64,000 nt of DNA from Patescibacteria group bacterium (GCA_036726225.1 DAIMCS010000003.1:73769-137768), one strand, 5' to 3'. Shown: positions 9,944 through 19,828, numbered from the stretch's first letter. Notes: generated by a model not told the origin, from the sequence alone. Translations and numbers: made by a program.

Positions 9944-11647
9944 CTATTCGTACTTATGCTCGTGCTTTTGTGCGAGTGTTGGCAGGTAAAGTTGCTCAAT
10001 ATATTCTTTGAGCATACGGGTCGTTGAAAATTGTTCACTAATTATTTTTCGGCCGGCCTGCATCCGGGCGTTCCATTTGGAGTTCCAGGGGTTAGTAATA
10101 TGTTCGTAATACAAAGGTGCAATTTCCCTCTCCGCTATCTCAAGCATTTTTTCCCCCACATTGGGTTCATCCACAGCCCACCCCGAGCCGGTCAAATCCA
10201 CCTCTGCTATCCAGCCGTCCCGCGTGGTTAGCGGCAGCGCCCCGTTTAAGGCCGCTTTCATACCGCTGGTGCCCGAGGCCTCAGAGCCAACGACGGGAGT
10301 ATTTAGCCAAACGTCACATCCGCTTACCATCATTTGCGCAAGTTCCATATTGTAGTTGGGTAAAAGCGTCGCGTAGCCTTTTAATTTTTCCTGCAAAAAT
10401 TTTTGGACTTCCAGCAAAAGCGAGTTATTGCCCAAATTTTGATTGTCAGTCGGTCCGGAAAAAACCAAACGAATAGGTTTTTCACTATTTTTAGCCAGAG
10501 AAAAAAATTTTTCCAAATTCTCCACAAAAATTAGCGGACGTTTGTAAGGGACAATCCTGCGCGCCCAGCCAAAAAGTAAGGTATTTTGGTCCCAGTCCTC
10601 GCCTGTAATTTTTTTTATATATTTTAAAAGCTCATTTTTGTTATTTTGGTGCTGTTGCCAAAAGTTGCCTTCATTAGCAGCTCCAATTTTATCCCACCTC
10701 GGCACATAAATGCCGTTGGTTACAGACTGCATAGGATTTTTAGGCCAAACTTCCAGGGCTTTGCTGGCATGGAGCTTGCTAACGCCGTTCGTCTGGCTGG
10801 AAAGCCGGAATGAGAGAGAAGTCATTGCAAAAATGTTGGATCCCTCAATAGTTCCCAGCGCAACTATGTCGCCTACGGGCAAGGCCAGTTCTTCCGCGTA
10901 TTTGTCCAGCATTGCGGAAACTAACTCGGTGGCAAATTGCTCCTGCCCCGCGGCCACTAATGTATGGTTTGTAAAAACTATATGTTTTTTTGCAAACTCG
11001 CAGGCGTTGGAAAAATCTGTTCGCTGGTGCTTCATTTCATGGCTCACCAGTTCCAGGGCTAAAAACGCGGAATGGCCTTCGTTTAAATGATAAACAGACG
11101 GATGGAAGCCTAAGGCCTGCAGGAATCTAAACCCCCCAATACCTAAAACCATTTCCTGCTTGAGGCGCATTTCCCTGTCTTCAGTGTAAAGCCGCGCAGT
11201 TATTTCCCTGTCCTGCTGCTGGTTTTCCGGAACATTGGTGTCAAGCAAATATACCACAGCATTGCCTTTTCTCCATTGCCAGGCCTGGGCACAAACTACA
11301 GAATGGTGAATGGGCACAGAAATTAAAAGTTTTTCCCCATGCTCGTTTGTTACTAATTTAAGATCCCCTTTAGCAACATAGTCCTGCGGAGGATAATTAA
11401 CAGGCCTTAAACTATTTTGGGCTTCACGATAATACAGCCCGACTGCAAGTAAAGGGATCTCCCTGTCCCCTGCTTCCTGCACAAAATCCCCGGCGAGAAT
11501 TCCAAGACCGCCCGCGTAAGTGGGTATGTCCGTTAGAAGTCCGTATTCCGCAGAAAAAAACGCCACAGGCTTTTTCTTTAAGTCGGCATACTGGGGCGAT
11601 TTTTTAAAATTTTCAAACCACTGGTCAAATTCCTGCGGCGTTGGCAT
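9944..11647 (-). CDS. glgP: alpha-glucan (glycogen/maltodextrin) phosphorylase, short GT35 form
   Basis: YAGGLGILAGD N-terminal motif and PLP-lysine motif EASGTSGMK. Confidence 0.85.
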   Translation of the reverse strand: MPTPQEFDQWFENFKKSPQYADLKKKPVAFFSAEYGLLTDIPTYAGGLGILAGDFVQEAGDREIPLLAVGLYYREAQNSLRPVNYPPQDYVAKGDLKLVTNEHGEKLLISVPIHHSVVCAQAWQWRKGNAVVYLLDTNVPENQQQDREITARLYTEDREMRLKQEMVLGIGGFRFLQALGFHPSVYHLNEGHSAFLALELVSHEMKHQRTDFSNACEFAKKHIVFTNHTLVAAGQEQFATELVSAMLDKYAEELALPVGDIVALGTIEGSNIFAMTSLSFRLSSQTNGVSKLHASKALEVWPKNPMQSVTNGIYVPRWDKIGAANEGNFWQQHQNNKNELLKYIKKITGEDWDQNTLLFGWARRIVPYKRPLIFVENLEKFFSLAKNSEKPIRLVFSGPTDNQNLGNNSLLLEVQKFLQEKLKGYATLLPNYNMELAQMMVSGCDVWLNTPVVGSEASGTSGMKAALNGALPLTTRDGWIAEVDLTGSGWAVDEPNVGEKMLEIAEREIAPLYYEHITNPWNSKWNARMQAGRKIISEQFSTTRMLKEYIEQLYLPTLAQKHEHKYE

Positions 11648-11650
11648 ATG

Positions 11651-13144
11651 TTAAGAACCTCGTTGTTCCGGCTGCCCCCCACGGATTTTGTAATATTTAG
11701 CTTTATATTTTTCTATAGTTTCTTCAACCTCTTTGTTAGGCACTTCTACGCGCAACAGGTCTATGGCATTTATAGTATCGTAGATATCCAGTTTATTTTC
11801 AAGTTTATACAAAGCGTCCCTCCACAAAATTGCTTTTTCATATTCCCCTTTCAAAGTGGCCTGCTTTTCTAAATCTTTCATCATATCTACAAACGCCCAA
11901 TACACACCTTCTTCTGCGCCGCCTTTGCTAACGGTTCTGTCTTTAAACGGAATACGCAAAATTGCATTTTGTTCGGCCATCATTTGCCGAATTTTGCCTG
12001 TCCTCTGCCAATTAAATGCCGTAGCAATAATTTTTTCGTAATAGTAACTTCCCAAATCCAGTTTTGTTTTTTCTATATTTGGAATGTGCCTTAACGCGTC
12101 CAGGAGCCTAAAGGCTCCGTCTTCTATCATTTCCAAACTCCACCACGGCTTGGCCGATGCCCACCAAAAATGGTCTGAGGCCAAAGCAACATCCATTTTT
12201 GCTCGTATAAGTTCGTAACGTTCGTGCTTTTTGTCCAAGCTATACACTTCTTTTAAAACCATTTCCGTAAACGCCCACTGCCATTTGTGGATTTGGTTTT
12301 CCGGGTCAGACCAGGAAAGAAACTGACTGCCGTTTTCTATATCCTGCTTGCTGGAAGCCCAGGTCGCATTGGTAGGTTTTATAGTTTTAGTTTTTTTGTA
12401 GTGCTTGGCAAGGTCGGAAATTTGGACAAGGTCAAATTCCTTGGTTTTAAAGATTTCAAACAGCATTTTCTCCAGGCCAGGACGGTGATGTCCAAAAGTT
12501 TCTGCATCCATAGCCGTAACAATGTAGGAAGGCTGTTGTAGGTCGCTTTTCATAGCTTCTGCAAGCGTGTCGCTGGATCTTACAACCGCGCTCATAATTA
12601 AGTTGCTCAAGCGCCTGTCCCTAAAAAATACGCTTAAGTTTGTGTCTTTAATTTTGTAAATTACGTTTCGGTCTATTTGTCCCACTTCCCCACCGCAGGA
12701 AATTTCATCTAGTATCATCCACTCAAAGCCCAAAGAGTCCACTATGGGTGCGAGTTTTGCATCAAAAGCCATTTCCGGGGCGAAAAAACCTTTAATTTTG
12801 ATATTTTTACCCAAAAAAAATTTGAGCGTTTCGTTATTTAGTTCAATTTGGCGGACAATTTCGCCGTGGTTTAAAAAAGGCAATAATGCATGAAATTTAG
12901 CTGACGAGGTAAATTCAATTCTCCCGTCTTCGGCTAAGTCACGCAACATTTGCAAAATATCTTTGTGACCGTTTTTTTCAAACAATTCCAAAAGCGCGCC
13001 GTTAATGTTTAAAGTCAAACGGACGTGCTTGTGCTCTTTTAGGCCCTCAATAATAGGCCGGTAGCTTTGGGCTATAACGGCCTGTAATATGTCCGGCTGC
13101 TGCTCTGCCGGTTGGTACATATGTAAAAAATTTGCCCAGCGCAT
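11651..13144 (-). CDS. GH57-family alpha-glucan-active enzyme (4-alpha-glucanotransferase / branching-enzyme type)
   Basis: N-terminal pattern FLHMYQP...SYRPIIEGL...GRIEFT matches the GH57 HQP...SYRPF...GQLE signature. Confidence 0.8.
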   Translation of the reverse strand: MRWANFLHMYQPAEQQPDILQAVIAQSYRPIIEGLKEHKHVRLTLNINGALLELFEKNGHKDILQMLRDLAEDGRIEFTSSAKFHALLPFLNHGEIVRQIELNNETLKFFLGKNIKIKGFFAPEMAFDAKLAPIVDSLGFEWMILDEISCGGEVGQIDRNVIYKIKDTNLSVFFRDRRLSNLIMSAVVRSSDTLAEAMKSDLQQPSYIVTAMDAETFGHHRPGLEKMLFEIFKTKEFDLVQISDLAKHYKKTKTIKPTNATWASSKQDIENGSQFLSWSDPENQIHKWQWAFTEMVLKEVYSLDKKHERYELIRAKMDVALASDHFWWASAKPWWSLEMIEDGAFRLLDALRHIPNIEKTKLDLGSYYYEKIIATAFNWQRTGKIRQMMAEQNAILRIPFKDRTVSKGGAEEGVYWAFVDMMKDLEKQATLKGEYEKAILWRDALYKLENKLDIYDTINAIDLLRVEVPNKEVEETIEKYKAKYYKIRGGQPEQRGS

Positions 13145-13161
13145 TTAGTAGCGGTTAGTGA

Positions 13162-14865
13162 TTAGTCAATGAGTTTTAAAGTCTTTGCAGCTTGTTCCAG
13201 GTCTTCAAAAGGTGCTTCAACGCCGGAAAAAACATAGTTAAATTTTTTACCGACAACTATTATGTATTTATCGGCTTTCAGCTCTCCCATTTCGTATTTT
13301 ACGGCTTCGAGTGAATTAAATTTCAGGATTGTTGGTTTAGTCGGGAACATATACTCGTAGTACTCGCTTCCTTTTAACTCCGCAATTATATCTTGAGCGC
13401 TTTTATATTTATCAACGTACATATACATATCTCGACCTATTGCACAGCCGCCCTCGCAGCCACCATATGCGTTTCCAAAATAAATTTTACCGTCAGCCGT
13501 TTGTTCAGAAGGCTTAAGTTTGATTTCTGTATTGCCCCACTTGTCGTTGTAGGGAATTAAAAAATAGAAGCCTTTATCGTTATCAATATAGGTAAAAAAA
13601 GTATTCGCTACATCAAAATTCCATTTTGTATCTTCCGAATATTCCAATAACTCGTCTACTCCCAAGTATTTAAATTTTTCGAAAATCGGGGAAGTGAATT
13701 TAAAGGTGGAAAAAACTTCTTCAAGCATATCATCGGCTTCTTTATTCCTCGGACTAAAGCTAATGCTCGCAACCTTTTTGCCATAATCTGTTAAATTTAA
13801 AAAGCTTGGCACTTCTATTTTCACACTACGTACAACTCTAGGCTCAAATTGGCCATCTACCTTTGGTTGCATAGCAGTATATTCTTGTATATAAATATCC
13901 GTATATTTATTTTCCACCTTAGAAAGCTTGAACGGATTTTCATCGTTCCCGCCACTGTATTTGGCTGTTATCTCAAACGGTAATCTTTGACACCTCTGAG
14001 AACCCCGTCCAACCACATAGCCACCCCCAGATTCATAATCTGTGAGGTCAAATGGCCAGTAGTTAATGGTGCCATCGTCAAAAACGCAAAAAAAGATTTC
14101 AGACGTCGAATAGCCAAAAGAAAATTTATCTTCAAAGTTGCCAAAACCTGAAGGATAAGAGACTACAAAGCCAAATTTTTCATTTTTAAAAGTTTCCCAA
14201 GCGGGATCGTTAACTAGAGGAAGGGTAAACTTAAAAGTAGAAATAATTTTTGGTATTAGCTCTCTGTGATTCCTAAATTCCTTATTTTCCGAAAACTTCC
14301 TATAAATGTCAAAGGTCCCGTCGCTAGTGGTAAACCAAAGAGAATAGGACCTATCGCTTGGCTGGCAAATCATTTTCGAGATAATAAAACTACGGGATGT
14401 TGATGTAGGACTGGAATAATTCGATTCAATCTCTATTCCATGCGCACCGTCAGACAAGTTAACCAAAGGGCCAATGTATTCGATTTTTTCGGAACCGCCG
14501 CTAGAGTTTTTATAAAAATTTTCCAACTTCACACAATCTCGGGCAGCTTTTATTTGAACTTTTATTCCTTTCATATCCATCCCTAAACCATAGGAGTCGA
14601 TATTTTTGTCATCTAGCGGTCCTAAATCTGCCGGATATTTAAATTCAAATCCATATTCTGGGTTTGTGTATGTTTTCCAATCTTTAAATTCGTCTTGATG
14701 TTTGACTAAAGTATTAGAATCATCAACTTGTGGTTTGTTAGCATAGTAAACAATTCCTCCCGCAGCTAAAACCGCCGCCAAGCCAATAACTATCCAGTAT
14801 ATTGGATTTGTAGGAGGTTTGGGAGGAAGCGAGTTTTGGGGCTCTGGGATTTGTTGTGGTTCCAT
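13162..14865 (-). CDS. membrane-anchored extracellular protein, paralog 1 (Pro-rich cytoplasmic tail, one TM, repeated WKTYTN-EYGFEFKYP-DW / ILSTFKFT modules)
   Basis: N-terminal 65 aa nearly identical to the next gene; no catalytic motif recognised. Confidence 0.6.
   Translation of the reverse strand: MEPQQIPEPQNSLPPKPPTNPIYWIVIGLAAVLAAGGIVYYANKPQVDDSNTLVKHQDEFKDWKTYTNPEYGFEFKYPADLGPLDDKNIDSYGLGMDMKGIKVQIKAARDCVKLENFYKNSSGGSEKIEYIGPLVNLSDGAHGIEIESNYSSPTSTSRSFIISKMICQPSDRSYSLWFTTSDGTFDIYRKFSENKEFRNHRELIPKIISTFKFTLPLVNDPAWETFKNEKFGFVVSYPSGFGNFEDKFSFGYSTSEIFFCVFDDGTINYWPFDLTDYESGGGYVVGRGSQRCQRLPFEITAKYSGGNDENPFKLSKVENKYTDIYIQEYTAMQPKVDGQFEPRVVRSVKIEVPSFLNLTDYGKKVASISFSPRNKEADDMLEEVFSTFKFTSPIFEKFKYLGVDELLEYSEDTKWNFDVANTFFTYIDNDKGFYFLIPYNDKWGNTEIKLKPSEQTADGKIYFGNAYGGCEGGCAIGRDMYMYVDKYKSAQDIIAELKGSEYYEYMFPTKPTILKFNSLEAVKYEMGELKADKYIIVVGKKFNYVFSGVEAPFEDLEQAAKTLKLID
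14677..14865. repeat. about 190-bp direct repeat, copy 1 (5-prime ends of paralogs 1 and 2, about 90% identical)
   Basis: Compared 14677-14865 with 16307-16508 by eye. Confidence 0.7.
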
Positions 14866-14873
14866 AACAAATT

Positions 14874-16508
14874 TTAAAGAGGCTTTAATTCAAAAGATTT
14901 TATTACTTCTTCCCACTTTTTTTCAAAATCTGAAAAGATTTTCTCTGCTTCTTCACCGTCTAGATCCTCAACCATTGAACCTTCATAACAACTGTTATAT
15001 TTGAAGTCAACAATAATGCCCAACTGTTTTAAATGAATTAAGCTGTGAGTACTGCCACAGCCGGCATCGCCATAGCCGAATTCAGAATATACCGGAAGGC
15101 CGGAGGAAGTGTTCATTGTTGCCTTTAATATTATAGGGCTATCTTTTTTGTATGTAAGAGTACTACTAATAGAGTAAAGGTCTCCCATAGAATACCATTT
15201 GCCATCTGCTCGGTCATAAAAAACCCAGTTGTAGTCATAATGGTAACCTGCAAGTTTGTCGTCAGAAAAAATATGCACTTCTGCGGCAATGGATGTGACG
15301 GAGCCGTTATACTCTCTGGGCAATGACATAATATATTTGTCCAGTAAATCTCCTTTCACCAAAGAGCTGCCGGAATTTTTGGTGGTAGCGGCAATTGTCC
15401 AGTCTTCGGGCAGCAGTAGAGTAAAGTCTTCATTGTATTTGAGCCCGGTTACCGGAGTACTTTCTATGAATTTGAAGGTGGAGAGGATTTTTTCAAAGGT
15501 TTCTTCGCTAACATTTCCTGTATGATAAATTACAAAATTATAAAACATCCCCCCGTGCTCCAATTGATAATTGGTTTCACCGAAAAGCTCCCCAGCTTCG
15601 AATTTTAGCCACTCTTTATTAGTGATTGTCACCTTATCGGTAGCTAATGGCTGAGCATATTGCCCGTTGACAGCCGTGTAATAATCCAAGTTTCTAAAGA
15701 GCATATCAACAAAATTAAATTCACCACCACAATTCTCACCTTTATAGTTTGTAAGAACGCACTCTTTTTGGTATTTATCATAAAATTGTTTCGTCTGATC
15801 CGATAAAAATGCCAAACTTCCATTTTTCTTCATAGTTGTCCAATCTGCAGGAATCTTAATCTCAAACCCATACTCGTTGTTCGTATAAGTCTTCCAGTCT
15901 GTAGTATTAACTGCGGTGGTGAATTTGAAGGTGGAGAGGATTTGAGTTAATTTCACTTTATCTTCCGGAAAAACCTTAAAAACATAAGATTTACCTTTCT
16001 TATTTGTTGTGTAACGCAACCCTATGTTTTCTCCCTGAGTGACTATCCATTCAATGTCATTTATTTTTTCTACTTCAAAATTGGAAGTACCGTTTTGTTC
16101 CAATTCAGTAAGATAGAAATAGAGGTCGATATTTATTCTGGAACATTCCATTGGTTCTTTTTCCTGAATGACCGGGTCTTTACAGCGTTCACGCAACGCT
16201 TGATTACCATCTTTTGAGACTTGCGAATAGAAGAAAAGCTCTTCTTTAGATTCTTGTTTTTCAACAGACCAATCGGAGGGGATCCTTAATTCAAAACCAA
16301 AATCTTCATTTATATAAGTTTTCCAATCTTTAAATTCATCCTGATGTTTAACTAAAGTATTAGTATCATCAACTTGAGGTTTGTTGGCATAGTAAATAAT
16401 CCCTCCCGCAGCTAAAACCGCTGCCAAGCCAATAACTACCCAGTGTGTCGGATTTGTTGGGGGTTTGGGAGGAAGCGAATTTTGGGATTGAGGGATTTGG
16501 TTTTCCAT
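14874..16508 (-). CDS. membrane-anchored extracellular protein, paralog 2
   Basis: MENQIPQSQNSLPPKPPTNP...VIGLAAVLAAGG TM anchor; modules ending ILSTFKF repeated three times. Confidence 0.6.
   Translation of the reverse strand: MENQIPQSQNSLPPKPPTNPTHWVVIGLAAVLAAGGIIYYANKPQVDDTNTLVKHQDEFKDWKTYINEDFGFELRIPSDWSVEKQESKEELFFYSQVSKDGNQALRERCKDPVIQEKEPMECSRINIDLYFYLTELEQNGTSNFEVEKINDIEWIVTQGENIGLRYTTNKKGKSYVFKVFPEDKVKLTQILSTFKFTTAVNTTDWKTYTNNEYGFEIKIPADWTTMKKNGSLAFLSDQTKQFYDKYQKECVLTNYKGENCGGEFNFVDMLFRNLDYYTAVNGQYAQPLATDKVTITNKEWLKFEAGELFGETNYQLEHGGMFYNFVIYHTGNVSEETFEKILSTFKFIESTPVTGLKYNEDFTLLLPEDWTIAATTKNSGSSLVKGDLLDKYIMSLPREYNGSVTSIAAEVHIFSDDKLAGYHYDYNWVFYDRADGKWYSMGDLYSISSTLTYKKDSPIILKATMNTSSGLPVYSEFGYGDAGCGSTHSLIHLKQLGIIVDFKYNSCYEGSMVEDLDGEEAEKIFSDFEKKWEEVIKSFELKPL
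16307..16508. repeat. about 190-bp direct repeat, copy 2
   Basis: See copy 1. Confidence 0.7.
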
Positions 16509-16513
16509 TTCAA

Positions 16514-17512
16514 CTAACGTGAGGTGTCAATATTAAAGTTGAACGTTGTAGTCTGGCCGGCCGTTATAGTTATTTTTTTTGGTAACTCCTGGCTGCTTCC
16601 CACAAACGAAGAAGACATATCAAGTATGTATTCCCCCGCCGGCAGTTTTTGGGTGTATGTCCCGTCACTTTTTAAATAACTGCGCGCCACTTCAGTTGTG
16701 CCGTCACTTTTAAAAACAATAATTTCGCGTGACAGGTAATCTTCGGGTGAGGAAGAACATAGCGTACCCGGACACACTATAGTAGCCTTTCCGTACAAGG
16801 TTCCGGTTGTGGCTTGCGGAAGAAAAGTGAACGTAGAAAGAATGGTCAACATTTCTTCAGGGGTTACCGATTTTCCCGGCAGGCCGTAGGTGTTTAATAA
16901 CTCCTTGTCATATCCGGCGGTGTAACCGTCCACAAAAATATCAAACTCCTCCCCTCTTACCAGCCCGTAATTTATGGCCTCACCTTCTATTTCACAAAAG
17001 ACAAGTTTTATGTCCAATCCGGTATTTACCGATTTTTTTATGCAGTCGTTGCTTTCCCAGTAGAAATTAAATTTAGCGCGGGCTTTATTTTTTAAAGCAG
17101 TCTGTTCAACTTTTACAAAAACCAACGGGCCTACCGAGGTCCCAAAAACCGGAGCCTTGGTTGTACCCAGCACCGAGCCCACTATGCTACCGACTGTTTT
17201 TTGGTACTTAGCAGGGTACCTAAGCATAAAGCCGTAACCGTCATCCCTGTAGCTTTTCCAGCCCACTGTCCCAACAGCTGTAATAACTTTAGAAAAGCTT
17301 TGACGTAGTTTTGGGTATCGGGTAGGATCGTTCGTATAAACCCAAGAATCGTTCGCTTTTGTCCAAAGCCAAATGGCGACCAGCGCGGCCAAAGCCGCAA
17401 TAATTACCATAGCTACCCACGGTGTTATGTGGTAGTGAAGTCTTCCTTTTTTATGTTTTAGCATTGTTTTTTCCCTTCCTATTAATTTTGTTTTTTTGCC
17501 CGAGACGGGCAT
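16514..17512 (-). CDS. membrane-anchored extracellular protein, paralog 3 (shorter; one WKSYRDDGYGFMLRYP / LTILSTFTF module and a C-terminal beta-sandwich-like tail)
   Basis: Same architecture (basic tail, TM, shared module motifs). Confidence 0.55.
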   Translation of the reverse strand: MPVSGKKTKLIGREKTMLKHKKGRLHYHITPWVAMVIIAALAALVAIWLWTKANDSWVYTNDPTRYPKLRQSFSKVITAVGTVGWKSYRDDGYGFMLRYPAKYQKTVGSIVGSVLGTTKAPVFGTSVGPLVFVKVEQTALKNKARAKFNFYWESNDCIKKSVNTGLDIKLVFCEIEGEAINYGLVRGEEFDIFVDGYTAGYDKELLNTYGLPGKSVTPEEMLTILSTFTFLPQATTGTLYGKATIVCPGTLCSSSPEDYLSREIIVFKSDGTTEVARSYLKSDGTYTQKLPAGEYILDMSSSFVGSSQELPKKITITAGQTTTFNFNIDTSR

Positions 17513-17552
17513 ATGGGCACTATTGAAATTGTAAACTTAAAATTTTGTAGGT

Positions 17553-19046
17553 TTAGTTTTTGAGCCTGCTTAGTGCTTTTTTAAACAGCTCAACATATTC
17601 TTTTGCAGATTTTTCCCAGGAGAAATTGGCAGTCATTGCCCGCTTTTGGATGTTTTGCCAAACCGCGTCGTATTTAAAAGTTTCCAGCGCCCTGACAAAA
17701 GCTCCATAAAAAGCGTAGCGGGAATAATTTTCAAAAACAAAACCCGTGCCGGTCTGCTCTTTGGCATTGTAGTCCTCCACGCTGTCTGCAAGCCCGCCGG
17801 TTTTACGGACCAAAGGCACAAGCCCGTAACGCATTGCCTCCATTTGGGTAAGCCCGGAAGGTTCAAACTTGGACGGAATAACTATCATATCGGCTCCGCT
17901 AAAAATTACGTGAGGTAAAATTTCGTCAAAGGAGAGATGGGCGGTTACCTGGGGGTACTTTTTATCCAGCTCCTCAAAATAGGTCATAAACTTAGACTCG
18001 CCGGAGCCGACAATGACAAACTGGAAATCAAAATTCTTCAAAAGAGGTTCAATAGTTTCAATAATTAAGTCCATACCTTTTTGTTCGGTAAAGCGCGAAA
18101 CTATGGCGGCGACAAAAACGTCGTCTCTCTCTTCAAGATTAAACTTTTGCTGAAGGATTTTTTTATTTTTCCTGCGCGCCGCTAAATTTTTATGGGTATA
18201 TTTATGTTCAACATATACATTATTTTCCGGGTCGTACTTTTCGTAAGAAATGCCGTTTAAAATTCCGGACAAATGTGAGCGGCGTTCCGCAAGCAGTTTG
18301 TCCAACAGTTCCCCGTACTCCGGCGTAGTAATTTCACGGGCGTAATGCGGCGAAACTGTGCTTATAGCGTCTGCATAACGGATCCCGCGGCGCATAAAGT
18401 TAGTTTTAAGTAGCTTTGGGTCGGTAAGCGCGGGTATTTCCGACTTTCCGTCGTCATAATCCATTTCGCTTATGTGGTGATGGTCAAACATCCCCTGGAA
18501 GTGAAGGTTGTGAATAATAAAAGCCACCGGAATTTTAGATACCACGGGATCGTCTTGGTAAACCACTTTTATGTAATTTGGCAAAAGCCCTCCCTGCCAG
18601 TCGTTGGCAACAATAATGTCCGGGCGGAAATCTTTGTTTTGTTTAACAAACTCCAAAGCGCCTTTTGAAAGCAGGGCCCAGCGGGCTGCGTCGTCGTCGT
18701 ACCCATAAACGCTACCGCGTTTTTCGTAGTATTCCTGGTTTTCCAAAAAGTAATTAACCGGTTCCCCGGGCTTGTTGTCATTTTTGTACTTTTTGACGTT
18801 GCAAATTATGTCTTCCTGACCATTGCTTGGGACCTTTAAGCCTTCGATCACCATTTCCGTAGGGAACTCCTCGGAATTGATGCTTGCGTACTTGGGAATA
18901 AAAACTCTGACGTCATGGCCAAGCTCACAAAGTGCTTTTGGCAAAGCATGCAAAAATTCTCCTAAACCACCAATTTTAACAAAGGGCGCAGCTTCAGAGC
19001 CGACAAATAGGATTTTTAAACCTTTATTACGTTTTAGTAAAGCCAT
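17553..19046 (-). CDS. glgA: glycogen/starch synthase (GT5)
   Basis: KIGGLGEF (the KxGGL motif) and overall GlgA layout. The track ORF runs to 19073; a start at MALLKRNK (19046) is more likely. Confidence 0.85.
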   Translation of the reverse strand: MALLKRNKGLKILFVGSEAAPFVKIGGLGEFLHALPKALCELGHDVRVFIPKYASINSEEFPTEMVIEGLKVPSNGQEDIICNVKKYKNDNKPGEPVNYFLENQEYYEKRGSVYGYDDDAARWALLSKGALEFVKQNKDFRPDIIVANDWQGGLLPNYIKVVYQDDPVVSKIPVAFIIHNLHFQGMFDHHHISEMDYDDGKSEIPALTDPKLLKTNFMRRGIRYADAISTVSPHYAREITTPEYGELLDKLLAERRSHLSGILNGISYEKYDPENNVYVEHKYTHKNLAARRKNKKILQQKFNLEERDDVFVAAIVSRFTEQKGMDLIIETIEPLLKNFDFQFVIVGSGESKFMTYFEELDKKYPQVTAHLSFDEILPHVIFSGADMIVIPSKFEPSGLTQMEAMRYGLVPLVRKTGGLADSVEDYNAKEQTGTGFVFENYSRYAFYGAFVRALETFKYDAVWQNIQKRAMTANFSWEKSAKEYVELFKKALSRLKN

Positions 19047-19237
19047 ACCCAGTATATCAACTTTCAACCACAAACTGCTTCAAGCAGTTTGTGGTGCTTA
19101 ATCGGTTGTTAAAATATTTACCACAAATCTTTCGAAATTGGATTTTTTTGAATTTTCACAATAGTTAAGAAGGTAATTGAAAGTTGTATTACTGGGCATA
19201 TGATGTTTATATTATACCATAATTTTTAATATATTTA

Positions 19238-19281
19238 AAGTTCAAAAACTCAGCCTTAAACTTAGGCTGAGTTTTTGAACT
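19238..19281. terminator. 16-bp perfect-stem hairpin between glgA and the GIY-YIG unit
   Basis: gttcaaaaactcagcc-ttaaactt-aggctgagtttttgaac; A/T runs lie inside the stem. Confidence 0.4.
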
Positions 19282-19305
19282 CCCTCCAATTTATAACATC
19301 CGCTT

Positions 19306-19497
19306 TTATATCCTTGAAAAAAGTACCCCTTTAAATTCGTTATTAACTATTAAAGGCACGCCCCTTAGGCATTCTATTCTTACAGCAATTTCCTGAACCG
19401 GGCAAGCATGAGGGCGCTGGTTGTTGGTATTGCAATGAGCGCAAAGCCCGGAAAGCTGTTTGATAATATTAAGTTTTTGTTTAATTAATTCGTTCAT
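19306..19497 (-). CDS. 63-aa Cys-rich (zinc-ribbon-like) small protein
   Basis: MNELIKQK...CAHC...ACP...EC; SD GGAG 8 nt upstream, preceded by a GC hairpin. Confidence 0.35.
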   Translation of the reverse strand: MNELIKQKLNIIKQLSGLCAHCNTNNQRPHACPVQEIAVRIECLRGVPLIVNNEFKGVLFSRI

Positions 19498-19508
19498 AAA
19501 TTTTCTCC

Positions 19509-19528
19509 ATCCCCGCGAACGCGGGGAT
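19509..19528. repeat. perfect GC palindrome ATCCCCGCGAACGCGGGGAT
   Basis: Read directly; relatives at 19829-19848 and 27912-27933. Confidence 0.6.
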
Positions 19529-19535
19529 CCATTAT

Positions 19536-19820
19536 CTATCTCGTAATTTGGTAATACAGGTCGTCCCAATTGGGGTTTACCTCTTTAATCAATTTTATTT
19601 TCCAGGCTCTATTCCATTTCTTTAGCCGTTTCTCTCTTTGTAAAACACCTTCTTTGACATCTGATGACTCAAAATAAACTAGTTTGTTAATCCCATATTT
19701 TTTAGTAAAGCCATCGGCCAACTCATTTTTGTGTTCCCACACTCTTTTAATTAGGTTTGTGGTGAAGCCTATATATAATGTCCCGTTCTTTTTATTTGCC
19801 AAAATATAAACAAAATACAT
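19536..19820 (-). CDS. GIY-YIG nuclease family protein (UPF0213/YhbQ-like)
   Basis: YFVYIL...NGTLYIGFTTNLIKRVWEHK GIY-YIG core. Confidence 0.8.
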   Translation of the reverse strand: MYFVYILANKKNGTLYIGFTTNLIKRVWEHKNELADGFTKKYGINKLVYFESSDVKEGVLQREKRLKKWNRAWKIKLIKEVNPNWDDLYYQITR

Positions 19821-19828
19821 GTTTGTGG

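Noticed and set aside
10031-10476. Several plus-strand ORFs (66-119 aa) inside glgP
   Set aside because: They are antisense to a well-supported gene, Pro/Ser-rich and low complexity; typical shadow ORFs.
17182-17400. 72-aa minus-strand ORF
   Set aside because: It is in an alternative frame inside paralog 3 (16514-17512), so it is a shadow ORF.
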